From Negaprion brevirostris (taxonomy: Eukaryota), in the NCBI GenBank assembly GCA_030324005.1, contig JARDVH010000001.1:118766502-118830501 (forward strand): a stretch of DNA of 64,000 nucleotides, given 5' to 3'. Every line of letters begins with the position of its first letter. Position 1 is the stretch's first letter. Shown in pieces: positions 50,293 to 62,913 of the stretch. Below the pieces are notes generated by a model, which searched no databases, had not been told where the DNA came from, and saw nothing but the letters and a program-made list of their open reading frames with translations. Made by a program: the position numbers and the translations under genes.

Positions 50293-50938
50293 TAGAACTT
50301 AGAACAGTACAGCACAGTACAAGCCCTTCGGCCCTCGATGTTGTGCTGAGCTATGTCTGAACCAAGATCAAGCTATCCCACTCCCTATCATGTGCTCCAT
50401 GTGTCTATCCAATAACTGCTTAAAAGTTCCTAAAGTGTCTGACTCACTATCACAGCAGGTAGTGCATTCCACACCTCAACCACTTTCTGAGTAAAGAATC
50501 TACCTCGACATCCCTCCTATATATCTCCCTCATCAGCTTATAAACTTCTATTAACTCACTTCTCATCCTACTCCACTCTAAAGAGAAAAGCCCCAGCTCC
50601 CTCAACCTTTCCTCATAAGACTTACCCTCCAAACCAGGCAGCATCCTGGTAAATCTCCTCTGCACTCTCTCCAATGCNNNNNNNNNNNNNNNNNNNNNNN
50701 NNNNNNNNNNNNNNNNNNNNNNNNNNNNNNNNNNNNNNNNNNNNNNNNNNNNNNNNNNNNNNNNNNNNNNNNNNNNNAGACTTACCCTCCACACCAGGCA
50801 GCATCCTGCTAACTCTCCTCTGCACTTTCTCCAATGCTTCCACATCCTTCTTATAGTGAGGTGACCAGAACTGCACACAGTATCCCAAATGTGGTCTCAC
50901 CAAGGTCCTATATAGTTGCAGCATAACCCCATGGCGCT
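50293..50938 (-). mobile_element. Young CR1 LINE 3' portion nested in an older plus-strand CR1 (~49800-50980)
   Basis: LQLYRTLVRPHLGYCVQFWSPHYKKDVEALEKVQRR; agaacttagaacagtacagcacag tail; TGAACA at 50287-50292 and 50939-50944. Confidence 0.9.
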
Positions 50939-51739
50939 TGAACAAACAGTAAAAGTATAGTCAAAGGAAGAATGGAGGTGGTTCAGAATGTACCCTTGTT
51001 ATTATCAGGATTGTAGCATATTGCAGAACTACTTACTGTCACAAATAACTGGGCAATACTTGCAAAAGACCAATCAAGATGGACCCTCAATTCCTTAACA
51101 TGGGTGGACAACTACAATTTTAAACTCTCAACAACAGCAACCAAAGATGACCAGAACAAGACATTCACACACATGCACTATGCAAAATTTTATGCTTTAC
51201 AGATTGGACATGATATGCTGATCCAAAGACAATAAGTAATCTTTGATTTTCTTATTAGTAATCCAAGCATTCCTGACTAAGCTCCCACAACTTTAGTCCA
51301 ATTTCAGAACAACATTAATTTAAGCGTATCATATTTCCATTTCTGGCAGCAACATTATGCTCTTTTCTGAATGAAACATAGCACAGTATACTATTCAGTC
51401 CCTGAAGTCTCTTCCAACAGTGGATTAGATCATGGTGGATCTGTACCTCAAAATCATTTTTCTGCCTTTGATCCACATCCCCTATTGTGATTGGCAATTT
51501 ATTATTGGTCACAAGTGGTTTTGTACTTAACTCTCTCATTTTCTGAGGACTAAATCACAGGTGACTAAAGGATCCTGCAGCCACCAGAAAGCAGAGGAGA
51601 TGTTTGATCCGAAGTGAATTCAAGTCCAGGTCCCTGGGTGAGAAGTCCTAATAAGCTAACCTGCTTCATAACTCTCCAATAAATTGCCTTAAATAATTCT
51701 GCACACTGCTCAGAAAAATCTTGCTATAGCAAAATGTTT

Positions 51740-52043
51740 ATAGAATCATAGAATCCCTACAGTGCAGAAGGAGGCTATTCGACCCATCAAGTCTGCAACA
51801 ACCACAATTTCACCAAGGCCCTATTTCTGTAACCCCATATATTTACCCTCTCAATCCTCTGACACTAAGGGTAAATTTAGCATGGTCAATCAACCTAACC
51901 CACACATCTTTGGACTGTGCGGGGAAACTAGAGCATCCAGAAGAAACCCATGCAGACACGAGGAGAATGTGCAAACTCCACACAGACAATGACCTAAGGC
52001 TGGAACTGAACCCGGGTCCCTGGTGCTAACCACTGTGCCACCC
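51740..52043 (-). mobile_element. HE1-type SINE (short deletion in the head)
   Basis: atagaatcatagaatccctacagtgcagaaggaggc tail through gtgctaaccactgtgccacc. Confidence 0.9.
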
Positions 52044-52649
52044 CATTTAATAATGGTTCAGTATAAAAGTCAGTGTAAATATTGTGCAAATTAATAGCAA
52101 TGTGAATGTTTAATGCAGTATCCATGATAAGATTGTTTAATGTCCTTGCCTTTTGAGTATGCAGGTTAGAAAAGCAAGAGATAAGACTTGTGCACTCGCC
52201 TGTCTGCAATTTGCCTTTCTGTTGAAATGAAAACAATTCTTAAATTGAGGAAAATTTTTTTAGGTCAAATATGATTTGATTGCTGCTTAGTATAATTAAT
52301 GGAATCTTGCAAAGTTATTCTTGTATACTCAGAACGTTTTTTTTTACAGCTGTGACTGACACATATTTAAAGGTGCACCATTTAAAAGTAAGAAGACGTG
52401 TTGGGAGATATTTGGATGTAATGCAAAGGGAGGGACTGGATACCAGACATTGAAATTCCATCCCTTTGTTCCCTCTGGGCCTGACTATTTCAACACTCTT
52501 CTGGCTAGCCGCCCACCTCTATTTCAGCTCATCTAAAACATTNNNNNNNNNNNNNNNNNNNNNNNNNNNNNNNNNNNNNNNNNNNNNNNNNNNNNNNNNN
52601 NNNNNNNNNNNNNNNNNNNNNNNNNNNNNNNNNNNNNNNNNNTCTAAAA

Positions 52650-53135
52650 CATTGCTGCCTGTTTCCTATCCTGCACTGTCTAAACCCATCACCCCTGTCT
52701 TTTCACTGACCTACATTAGCTCCAGGTGCTCAAATGTCTCAAATTTAAAAACTTCATCCTTTATCTTAAACCCTTTATGACTTAAATGCTCTTACCCCTT
52801 CACATTTTTGAGAATTACAACCTCCTACTCCTGTCAAACTTGTTATTCTTCTGACCGTAGCCTTAGGTGAATCTTCCTTTCCCCAACTCCTCATCATTGG
52901 CAATCATGCCTTAAAACTACTTAGCTGGGACACTCTGGAATTCAATTTCTGAATTCTACTGCACCTCTGCTTCCCTTTCCTCTGTTAAGAACCTCCTTAA
53001 AATCCAACTTTGACAAAGCTATATATAGTCATCCATTTTAATGGATCCTTTCTGAATTTAACATCCATTTTACTGACTGTGCCACTGTGAAATGTTTGGG
53101 GTGTATCTTAAAGGCTCCATATAAATGTAAGTTGT
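52650..53135 (+). mobile_element. L2-like LINE 3' fragment
   Basis: cccatcacccctgt...actgacctacatt; ctctggaattc; ctccttaaaa...tttgacaaagc; tataaatgtaagttgtt. Confidence 0.6.
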
Positions 53136-56100
53136 TTTATAAATCTACTCATAAAGTACACATTACAGAATAAGAGACAATGGTGATGGTTCTCTTATTC
53201 CAGTTTTTATACAAATTCAATACTTCGAATTCTTTTGAGAGAATTGTCTCCAATATGTGGAGTATTTACTAAAGCTTTATTGGGCCTTTTAATGTGGTTC
53301 TTGGTTTCTGTGTCAGGTACTGTATTTGAAATCCTTGTACAGCAGTTGATTAAATTCTGCAAGAGCCTAAGATATTTAATCTGTGCACTGATGTGTGAAA
53401 TGTTATTTTTACTAAAGAGTTTGCATGTTTTCTTACTGCACAAGTATGCATAAGACGATTAGAGGTTCAATCGAGCAAATGAATTGTTGTGATATATGTG
53501 GAAATGTAAGCTGGATTAAGTGTTTTATGCATTTATTTAGCAAAAGTAATCAGCTACTTGAGAGGAGCACATGATTAATTTTGTCTATTTTGATACCAAT
53601 TATACCTTCTACATAAAAATAGCCCCTTGAAGTGGAAATGAATAATTAAAGTTAACAGATATCTGAGAGGAAATAGTCCAGTTTTGGGGTTAGGAGAGTG
53701 TCCAAGGACAACTCCATACCCCTGACTGTCAAAGTACATGCTCAGCCAATATGTTATCTTGCAGATGAACTAGCAAGCTGTTGTTCATCTGAGCAGGCAA
53801 TCTGCAGGAGGGGGCTGAGGNNNNNNNNNNAAAGTAAAACGACTCTGAGATTACTAATATTTTTGCTTTCTTTGAGGCTACTTTTTGGTGTGCTTTATTT
53901 CTATTGCTAGGGATGCTACGTTTGTGTTTACAGTGCTACTTGTCTTTTTCAATACCTTCCGTTGAAATTAAGTCATTTAGAATGTGCTCGACAATATATC
54001 ACACCTGTACAGCTGGGGCTATGTAGTAACAGTAATTTGCCGTTCACAGATTACTGTTAGAATAAACACAATGTGTTAGCTTGAGAAAGCTTAAAATTAA
54101 TGAATAGGGCTTACCATTAAGAAATAACTGGTTTAGTTGATGTGACAGCAATCAGATTTTTCTTGGGTGTATTTCCTGAATACCACAAGCCTGACTTTAA
54201 TAGACAAAGTGAGTGCAGATTGGAAATTGATTTGGACAAAAGCTTGGCTTCAAATGAATAGCTATCATATATTAAAAATCTTCATCTGCATGTGCTTTCT
54301 GCCCATAATGACCATTATCAAATACTTTGTCTAGCATCATAATGGAAACTGATTATGTAAACTTATAATCTTAATATGTTGTCCTAGGAAAAGCTTTAGT
54401 TATGGTTGTGGGTTAGTATTGCCAACTTAAGGTAGCCTCTGCTGATTTCCATCTGATTCAGTGTAACTGTTTCATCTGGCATTAATTTGTATTTCTCCCC
54501 CCCTCACAAAATTGGTATTCATTTCCCCGATTGATTTCTGAATGGTGGTGGGTGTGGACTCAAGCTTGTGCTGATTGCACTTGGCCAAGTCACATCACAG
54601 GAAATATCCATCTAAGACTTTGTGTTCATTACAATATATATATTTGAAACAAAGTACATCCAGGAAGGGCAAGCTTACTTGGTTCATTTTCTTTGTCCGT
54701 TAATCAGACTGCAGGTAATTAGGTCAGATCAGGGCGAGGAAAGTTCTTGTATTTCCAACCTGCTTGAATGTGTGCACTTCCCTATTTCTGCCAACTATAA
54801 ATGGCCATCATCATCTTTCGACAAGTTTACAGGCTGTCCCATCTTGTCACCTGGTTCATTTTATGGTAACAAGTAGAACTTGTAGGAGGAAAAGTCTTGG
54901 TAAAAATTCATGTTATCTACTGTCACCATCTATAGTGAATTGCTTCTATTGTCTATTTTGAACATTAAATAAGATATTAATTCCTTTCAATGAGATAACT
55001 GAAACAAATGACAACAATTTGTAGGTGCATGGAGTTTTGGAGGTGCTAAAATGTGTTAATTTGAGATTAATTACCTTTCTAAGCACACTCACAACTGTTG
55101 GCAGTCTTCATATTTTGTCCAGCCTGAAGCCCTCTGAGAGAATGCTGTAAATGAACTGATGGATTTGTGCAGACTTCAATATGTGAAAGACATTCCTCTG
55201 AGCTTGATAGCAAATTGCACTTTTCACAGTATGCTACTTAATGCCCAGTAAATTACTGGGTAGATTTCTAGAATTAGTATTCCATATGGATAGTTGTGCT
55301 TTTGCAGAGCAGATTCTGTTTGCTTTTGTTTAAAGGGCATTGTCTCAGATGAGTGATTTATCAATAAGATTAATACAGCAGACAACTTAAGGCTCTTTCA
55401 GTATGTAGGCTACTTTGAGTGCTTTTAATAACCTCAACTAGCACTTCAGATTTCTGTCAAAGCTGTTTGTTTAATTGTAAATTATGCTCGAGAGCACGGG
55501 TTCATCTGATCAGCATCAGCAAAATGGTCTCACACCAGATATAAAGAGAGATACCTAATGCATGGCAACACAGATGGGAAGACATTCATTTCAGTAACAC
55601 TCCATGCTGTGGAACTTCTGTAGAACATAGAATGGCCATTTTGTGATGCATTCAAATAACCCCAAATTTAGTTTTGACTTGACTTTTATTTTAAATCTAT
55701 TCCCCGATGGTAGAAACTGGGAAGAAATCTATGCCTGTCATTAGAGAGTCTAATATAGCTCTTTGACATTTTCAGTTTGGTTTGCTTAGAAGTAAATAAA
55801 ATTGCCTGAAATTTCTGCAGAGGCTCTCCAAATTGATTGCTGCAGCTTGAGAAGAAGGGCAAAAATCTTCCATTAAGGTTATGGACGAAAATTGGGAGAA
55901 CTTGTTTTGCTGAAATTTCAGAATGTTTTTTAATTTACTGCTCATCCCTCATTTCTGTATTGTTTTCCTGAAGAAGTTGCCCTTCACTGGAGTGTGTCAC
56001 ATTTCTCAGAACCCCAGTCAGTGTCTGACCTTGGATGGAGACTTTTATTAGAATATTCATTTTTGGGAGGGCATCAAAAGCAGGCTCAATCCTGCCCCGA

Positions 56101-56139
56101 TCAAAGGTGGATCCAATTATATCCTTATCAAAGTTGAGG

Positions 56140-56910
56140 CCAATCAACTTAGCAACAATGGGAAGGCAATTACTATCTAAATGACCATAAATTAGGAGCG
56201 GGATGTGCAACAAGACCTGGGTGTCCTCGTACACTAATCACTGAAGATAAGCATGTAGGTGCAGTAGGCAGTGAAAAAAGCAAATAGTATGTTGACCTTC
56301 ATAGCGTGAAGATTCGAGGACAGGAGCAGGGAAGTCTTGCTCCAATTATACAGGGCGTTGGTGAGGTGAATATTGTGTATAATTTTGGTCTCCTTATCTG
56401 AGGAAGAGTGTTCTTGCCCTAGTGGGACTGCAGAGAAGCTTTACCAGACTGATCCTTTGGATGGCAGGATTGGCATGGGGAGAGATTGAGTTGGTTGGGA
56501 TTGTATTTGCAGGAATTCAGAAGAATAAGGGGAATCTCATAGAAACCTATATAAGCTTAAAAGGACTAGACAGGATAGATGCCAGAAAGATGTTTCCATT
56601 GGTGGGAGTGTCCGGAACCATGATTCACATTCTGAGGATACAGGATAGATGGCTTAGGACAGAGATGAGAGAAATTTCTTCACCCAGAGAGTGGTCAGAT
56701 GATGGAATTCACTACCACAGAAAGTAGTCAGGGTCAGAACATTGAATATTTTCAAGAGGCAGTTAGATATAGCGCTTAAGGAGATAAAAGGGTATGGAGG
56801 GTAAGGTGGGATCAGGCTATTGAGTTGGATGATCAGCCATGATCACAATGAATGGCAGAGCAGGTTTGAAGGGCCGAGTGGTCTCCTCCTGCTCTGATTT
56901 TCTATGTTTC
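56140..56910 (+). mobile_element. CR1 LINE 3' portion
   Basis: gacctgggtgtcctcgtacac; ttttggtctccttatctgagg; gatggaattcactaccacag; ggatgatcagccatgatc...gaagggccga. Confidence 0.85.
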
Positions 56911-56932
56911 CTGATCGTTCACCATGGAACCA

Positions 56933-57262
56933 GGGGGCGGCATGGTAGCACAGTGGTTAGCACTGCTGTTTCACAGCTCCAGGGACCTGGGTTCGATTCC
57001 CGGCTCAGGTCACTGTCTGTGTGGAGTTTGCACATTCTCCTCATGTCTGCGCGGGCTTCCTCCGGGTGCTCTGGTTTCCCCCCACAGTCCAAAGATGTGT
57101 GGGTTAGGTTGATTGGCTATGCTAAAATTGTCCCTTAGTGTCCTGAGATGCTTAAATTAGAGGGATTAGTGGGTAAAATATGTAGGGATATGGGGGGGAT
57201 TGTGGTCGGTGCAGACTCGATGGGCCAAAGAACCTCTTCCTGCACTGTCGGGTTCTATGATT
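56933..57262 (+). mobile_element. HE1-type SINE, full length
   Basis: gggggcggcatggtagcacagtggttagcactgctg...gggttcgattcc (A/B boxes), gtggagtttgcacattctcc core, and tail ...gcactgtcgggttctatga. Confidence 0.92.
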
Positions 57263-58747
57263 CAAACTGTTGAAAATCTTCCCCCTTAAACTAACTTTTT
57301 GATCACCTGTCTCAACATCCCTTTAAGTGATAATGCTCTAGTGCAACATTTTGAGACATTTTACTAGATTAAAGATGTTATATAAATGCAACTTGTTTTT
57401 GTTTCTTATTACGTCCTTATTTCTCACAGATCCACAGTAGCAAAGACTGAAATTAAACATAAAATGTAATTATATTACAAAATAATTGCCAGCTTACAAC
57501 ACAACTAACTGTATGTTCCAAGCTATTACCAGAAGTTGTCTTAACTGTTACATTTATTGTCGGTTTTGCTGATATTTAATTGTCAAGTAAGAGTTTAACA
57601 AGATAATTTACTTATTTATCAGGGAATGATGTAAAGACCACAACCAGTGCTGCACCATAATCCTGTCTGTCTATTCATGTTGTTGTTTCAGCTCTATTCA
57701 TGAATTTGCAGAATGACATTGAAATCAGACCAAGACTTCAGCAGTGAAAAATACAGCTGCTTACTGGCCTCACAGTAACTGAATAGTCCAGTTTTCAGAA
57801 ACAACAATTGTCTTCCTAGTCGCCTTAAGGAATTGAACCCTAAATGCAACATAAAATTCCATAATAATTTACTTAACTTGAGCCAACTCAGTGAAGGTTC
57901 ACTTGTGACAAAATAATTTTATCTTTAGTTTCTTTCACATTTCTGGCATAACTTTCAAATGTGGAGTATTAAAAATACATTGGAATTTTTATGGCACCAT
58001 TGAGCTCAGGAGTTCACTGATTTATGGAAAATCCAGCTGGCGAGTCAAGGCATAACACTCTGCCCATCGGTTCAATTCTAATACTGTTCTTTCCTTTTCT
58101 CATGATCTAATGCATTAAATGGCTAAAACTGATAAAATCATCATCGATAAAATCATTACTGATAATTTTTTACTCAGATGTCAAACACCATTATCAACTG
58201 GGAAAAGATTCTGCAAATCAGACAAGTCAGACTGACTTCAGCATGTCCCATGTCGACTGAGGAATCACCCGTATGAATCCAAACCTATCTGACATACCCA
58301 ATTTGGGCTTTCATTACACTTATCTCCTTGAGGTACATGCTGATGATGAATACCTTCAAACCCTGAAGTGTGGTTCATCCACACAGTTGTCTTAATGTGC
58401 TTGACAGCAGGCAGGGAACACAACCTTTTGAACTCATGAGTGTGATGGGAAAGAACAGCATGTTGCCCTTAGACTGTACCGTCTCCTGTAACAACTATAT
58501 TTGTTTTGACTGCCCCCCCCGCCCCTTACATCTGAATGGCATGTGCGACTATGGTGATCTCATTCATCCTGCAGTGCTTGTTCTCATCTACAAAAGTTGT
58601 AAATACCTCAAAATCAAGGACGGAGGCTCTTCCATCACTATATCCTGCATCATTATACTTGCCCAATATGCAGTCATATCATCCTATTCCTGGCCATTGG
58701 CCAATTCTGAAACTCTACTTAACCTAAATGGGTGAGTGCTTCCTGGA

Positions 58748-58941
58748 ACAAAGTGTTCAAATAATCCCCTCCTTCTCTATTGCCCTTCAAGAACTGTAAC
58801 TCACACCAGCTCAACCAGTTCTAATCAGGAGAGGCTGGATAAACTGGGAATTTTTTCTTCTCTGGAGTGTAGGAGGTTTAGAGATGATCTTTTAGCAGAG
58901 TAATGAGGGGTATAGATCAGCTATATAGTCAATACCTTTTC
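58748..58941 (+). repeat. Left arm of ~200-bp inverted duplication (right arm 59311-59514)
   Basis: acaaagtgttcaaataatcc...tgcccttcaagaactgtaactc...ggagaggctggataaactgggaa...gatcagctatatagtcaataccttttc is the reverse complement of 59311-59514. Confidence 0.95.
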
Positions 58942-59099
58942 TAGTCAAAGAGTCAAATAAATAAGTAAGGATAGAAAGGCATGGCAGGGAAAGTGGTATG
59001 CCCTTAATTGCAACATGTGGTAGTTTCTTGGAAGCATTGCGACCCTGGACAACCATATCTATGGTAGGTGTCTGGGGCTTGAGAAACTTCATCATCTGT

Positions 59100-59432
59100 T
59101 AGAGTCATAAATAGAGATTTACAGCATGGAAACAGGCCCTTCAGCCCAATTTGTCCATGCTGCCTTTTTTTTAAACAACTAAACTAGTCCCAGTTGCTCA
59201 CGCTTGGACCATATCGCCTGTGTGAAAAAATTGCCCCTCTGGACCATTTTGTATTTCTCCCCTCTCACATTAAACCAATGCTCCCTAGTTTTAGACTCTC
59301 TTACTTTTGGGAAAAGGTATTGACTATATAGCTGATCTACACCCCTCATTATTTTTATACTCTGCTAAAAGATCATCTCTAAACCTCCTACGCTCCAGAG
59401 AAGAAAAAATTCCCAGTTTATCCAGCCTCTCC
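59100..59432 (-). mobile_element. 5'-truncated CR1 3' end
   Basis: tacagcatggaaacaggcccttcagccca...ttgtccatgctgcc; same family as 1-325. Confidence 0.85.
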
Positions 59433-59810
59433 TGAATAGAACTGGATGAGCTGGTGTCTGAGTTACAGTTCTTGAAGGGCAATAGAAAAGGAGAGGATTA
59501 TTTGAACACTTTGTCTTCTGAGCAAAGAAGAAAACTTCCAGCTACTGGAGGTAAAACAAAAAGAATCAAAATAATCACCTCCTTCTCCCTCTGCACCAAA
59601 TTTCCATTTACAATAAATCCCTGACTTTGACACTTAGTTCACAAAGCACTCAAGTCCAAGATCATTCTGTACGCTACACGAGATGAAATATCATGGTCAG
59701 TTTGATCTAATGCTAAATATAAGGATGATAAGCACTGAAGTAATAGAGATGAGACTGCATATTTTAAATGCTGCAAAAAAATCAAATGCTGACATTGCTG
59801 TCTAAGTACT

Positions 59811-60819
59811 TCACCTAGATAACAAGGACACCTATGTCAGACTCCGATTTATTGACTACAGCTCAGCCTTTGAATACCATTATTCCCATGAAACTCATCT
59901 CCAAACTCCGTGGCCTGGGCTTCGGCACGTCCCTCTCTGACTAGATCCCGAACTTCTAACTCACAGACCACAATAAGGACAGGTGACAACACTCCCTCCA
60001 ACATCCTCAACACCAGTGCACTACAAGGCTGTGTTCTCAGCCCCCTACTATACTCCTTGTACACCTATGACTGTGTGGCCAAATTCCCCTCCAATTCGAT
60101 TTTCAAGTTTGTTGATGACATCACCGTAGTGGGTCGGATCTCAAACAATGACGAGACAGAGTACAGGAACGAGATAGAGAATCTGGTGAACTGTGCAACA
60201 ACAATAATCTCTCCCTCAATGTCAACAAAACGAAGGAGATTGTCATTGACTTCAGGAAGCATAAAGGAGGACATGCCCCTGTCTACATCAATGGGGACGA
60301 AGTAAAAAGAGTCAAGAGCTTCAAGTTTTTAGGTGCCCAGATCACCAACAACCTGCCCTGGTCCCCATGCCGACACTATAGTTAAGAAAGCCCCACCAAT
60401 GCCTCTATTTTCTCAGAAGACAAAGGAAATTTGGCATGTCCGCTACGACTCTCACCAACTGTTACAGATGCACCATAGAAAGCATTCTTTCTGGTTGTAT
60501 CACAGCTTGGTCTGGGCTCCTGCTCTGCCAAAGACCACAAGGAAGTACAAAAGGTCGTGAATGTAGCCCAATCCGTCACACAAACCAGCCTCCCATCCAT
60601 TGACTCTGTCTACACTTTCTGCTGCCTTAGCAAAACAACCAGCGTAATTAAGGACACCATGTACTCTGGACATTCTCTCTTCTACCTTCTTCCTTCGGGG
60701 AAAAGATGAAGAAGTCTGAGGTTGCGTACCAACGTACTCAAGAACAGATTCTTCCCTGCTGCCATTAGACTTTTGAATGGACTTGCCTTGCAGTAAGTTG
60801 ATTTTTCTCTACACCCTAG
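59811..60819 (+). mobile_element. Rex1/Babar-clade LINE, RT and 3' region, frameshifted
   Basis: HLDNKDTYVRL.FIDYSSAF; LQGCVLSPLLYSLYTYDCVAKFPSNSIFKFVDDITVVGRISNNDETEYR. The 3' end runs into an N gap. Confidence 0.88.
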
Positions 60820-60919
60820 NNNNNNNNNNNNNNNNNNNNNNNNNNNNNNNNNNNNNNNNNNNNNNNNNNNNNNNNNNNNNNNNNNNNNNNNNNNNNNNNN
60901 NNNNNNNNNNNNNNNNNNN

Positions 60920-61007
60920 GGATATGGGGATAGGGCCTGGGTGGGATTGTGGTCGGTGCAGACTCAATGGGCCAAAGGGCCTGTTTCTGCACTGTAAGGT
61001 TCTATGG
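60920..61007 (+). mobile_element. HE1 SINE 3' end (5' part in gap)
   Basis: gggatagggcctgggtgggattgtggtcggtgcagactcaatgggccaaa...ctgcactgtaaggttctatg. Confidence 0.85.
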
Positions 61008-61399
61008 AATGCTCGATATTCAGGCTGACAAAGCCCCTCATGCTGAACTCCCAATTCAAGTTGCAGCAGTCATACAATTTAAGGAGCACTGTGTGAACTT
61101 TTTCCCATGTAGGGTGGAAAAGAATGAGTGCCTGATTTTAACTCTGTACAAATGGCTAAGTTTTGAAAAGGTTAAAATCAGGCAGATTGTGAGTTACTAT
61201 CATTGATTTCAGAATTGGTTTGGTGGAAGTCAAGGAATGGATCTGTTGCCTATTCTTTCATCTCTAGGGTATTTTTTGACTCAAGACCCATGAAATAAAA
61301 ACGTAAGGCCACAAACTTAAATCAAAACATAATCCCCACCTCATTACCAACTCAAATGTAGTGCTTCCTTGGCCATATCTTCCCAACTTTCACCCTCTC

Positions 61400-62060
61400 T
61401 TATCTTGAACTCATCCAAAACTCTGCTTCCAATATCTCATTTTGCACCAAGCCCGGTTCACACATCACCCCTTCACTTGCTGATCCAGATAGGCTCCTGT
61501 TTGATTTTAAAATTCCCGTTTTTGCTTTCATATCATCCAACCTAACAACTTTCTGAGACACCCTTTATGCCTGTAATTCTGCCTCCTTTTACATCCCTGA
61601 TTTTGTTTCCCTTACTATTGGTGGCCATATCTTCAATTGTTGAGGCCCGAAGCTCCTGCATTCCTTTGCTAAATATCTCAGCCTCAGTCCCTCACCATTT
61701 CCTTTCAAGAAGTTCTTTAAAACCTCTGGTTGGAATTTTCCGAATCTTCTGTGGAGGGATTTCCCGCAGTGGAGGTGGCTTGCCATTGGCTGCCTGCAGG
61801 GTCTTCACGTCCCTCTGAAGTCAATAGCACTTTGTATGATGTGCCTACCCTGTCACTGGGGAACCTATGGTGGCCTTGCCTTCAGTGGGACTGGAAGAAC
61901 CTGCCGGTGGGAGGGGCTGGAAAATCCTATCTCTTTGGCTAAACTTATGATCACTTGTACTAATATCTTTATGTGGCTTGGTGCCAAGTCTTATTGGAAA
62001 ATTGCTCCTGTGAAGCATCTCGGAACGTTTTATTTTGTTAAAGACACTGTGTAAACACAA
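61400..62060 (+). mobile_element. L2-like LINE 3' fragment interrupted by a MITE
   Basis: catccaaaactctgct; catcaccccttcacttgctga; ctttaaaacct|MITE|ctttgg; gctcctgtgaagcatctcggaacgttttattttgttaaag. Confidence 0.65.
61728..61931. mobile_element. PIF/Harbinger-like MITE (~204 bp)
   Basis: TIRs GGTTGGAATTTTCC / GGAAAATCCTATC, 3-bp TSD TCT; cleanly splits the L2 sequence. Confidence 0.75.
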
Positions 62061-62415
62061 GTCATTCCCCTTTCTGTCCTACAACTCTTGCCTCCTGACA
62101 GTCTGTTAATCTGCCATGGCCTTAAATGCAGGCAAAGCACCATGTGAGAATGTTCTTCTGTCCTGTGCCATATAGGGAAGTTTTTTAACAATGTAATTCT
62201 GGCAGTGGAACCTCACCCTCTGGTGGCCCATGTCTGAAATTCAGATGCAGTCTGCAAATGTTTTGTCGACAGTAATGTACAATATGTACCCAATTTCCAA
62301 TATGCGGCTGCAATGCTGAAGCTCTCCATTGATGGCACAAAGTTGGAAAATTATCTTTTTAAGCAATTTTTATTGATACAAAAAATGACCACTTTTTTCT
62401 CTCCTTCTATTTAAG

Positions 62416-62580
62416 ATAATCCTTGTCAGTTCATCGATGAATGATCGTGATCAGAGCCTCTTCGTGAGCACGGATGAGGGAGCCAACTTTCAAAAACAAC
62501 AGATTTTCTTCTCTCTGGAGACATTGGTCTTTCACCCGAAAGAAGAAGATAAATTGCTTGTGTACAGCAAGGAGGGTCGG
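62416..62580 (+). CDS. SORCS2: Internal coding exon of VPS10-domain receptor SorCS2 (equivalent to human exon 4)
   Basis: Acceptor ttttttctctccttctatttAAG ends at 62415 and donor GTAAGT starts at 62581. The 165 nt give 55 codons: IILVSSSMNDRDQSLFVSTDEGANFQKQQIFFSLETLVFHPKEEDKLLVYSKEGR. This is collinear with human SORCS2 VILVSSSLSDRDQSLFLSADEGATFQKQPIPFFVETLIFHPKEEDKVLAYTKESK (recalled) and contains an Asp-box (STDEGANF). Confidence 0.95.
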
Positions 62581-62622
62581 GTAAGTACACTGAATCCTTT
62601 CTGTCCTAGTGCCAGCTCTCAC

Positions 62623-62850
62623 CAGGGTTGCCAACCATCTGGGATTCTCCTTGAGTCTTCAGAAATTAAAGATTCATCTCCAGGACATTGCTGCAAGCAT
62701 TAAAACAATGTGTTTTTCCCCATTTTCTTTGAATGCTTGTGTTTATTGATGATGGGGGAAAACAGCTGTTCAATAGTTAAGAAGTATCCAGTCAGGGATT
62801 GAAGAATTTATTTCAATTGGCATGAGGAGGTGATGGTCTTCAAGGATGCA
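62623..62850 (+). mobile_element. Possible hAT-type (Blackjack-like) DNA transposon fragment
   Basis: Starts CAGGGTTGCCAAC, a TIR-type end; no second TIR seen. Confidence 0.4.
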
Positions 62851-62859
62851 ACTATCTTC

Positions 62860-62862
<3 letters not shown>

Positions 62863-62912
<50 letters not shown>
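62863..62912 (+). repeat. (GT)25 microsatellite
   Basis: Uninterrupted GT run ~280 nt downstream of the SORCS2 splice donor. Confidence 0.98.

Positions 62913-62913
<1 letters not shown>

Larger units (their letters stand above)
1..62415 (+). other. SORCS2: Large intron upstream of the SORCS2 exon (preceding exon not seen in window)
   Basis: By eye I found no splice-bounded match to the preceding exon (RSSDFGTSYTKL...FYICPTNKRK). SORCS genes have very long 5' introns. An exon hidden in an N gap cannot be excluded. Confidence 0.7.

Noticed and set aside
56933-57010. tRNA-like A/B boxes
   Set aside because: These are SINE heads, not tRNA genes; they continue into the HE1 core and tail.
62437-62703. 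88-aa ORF as a stand-alone gene
   Set aside because: It is the SORCS2 exon read through its splice donor into intron and transposon sequence; the ATG is internal.
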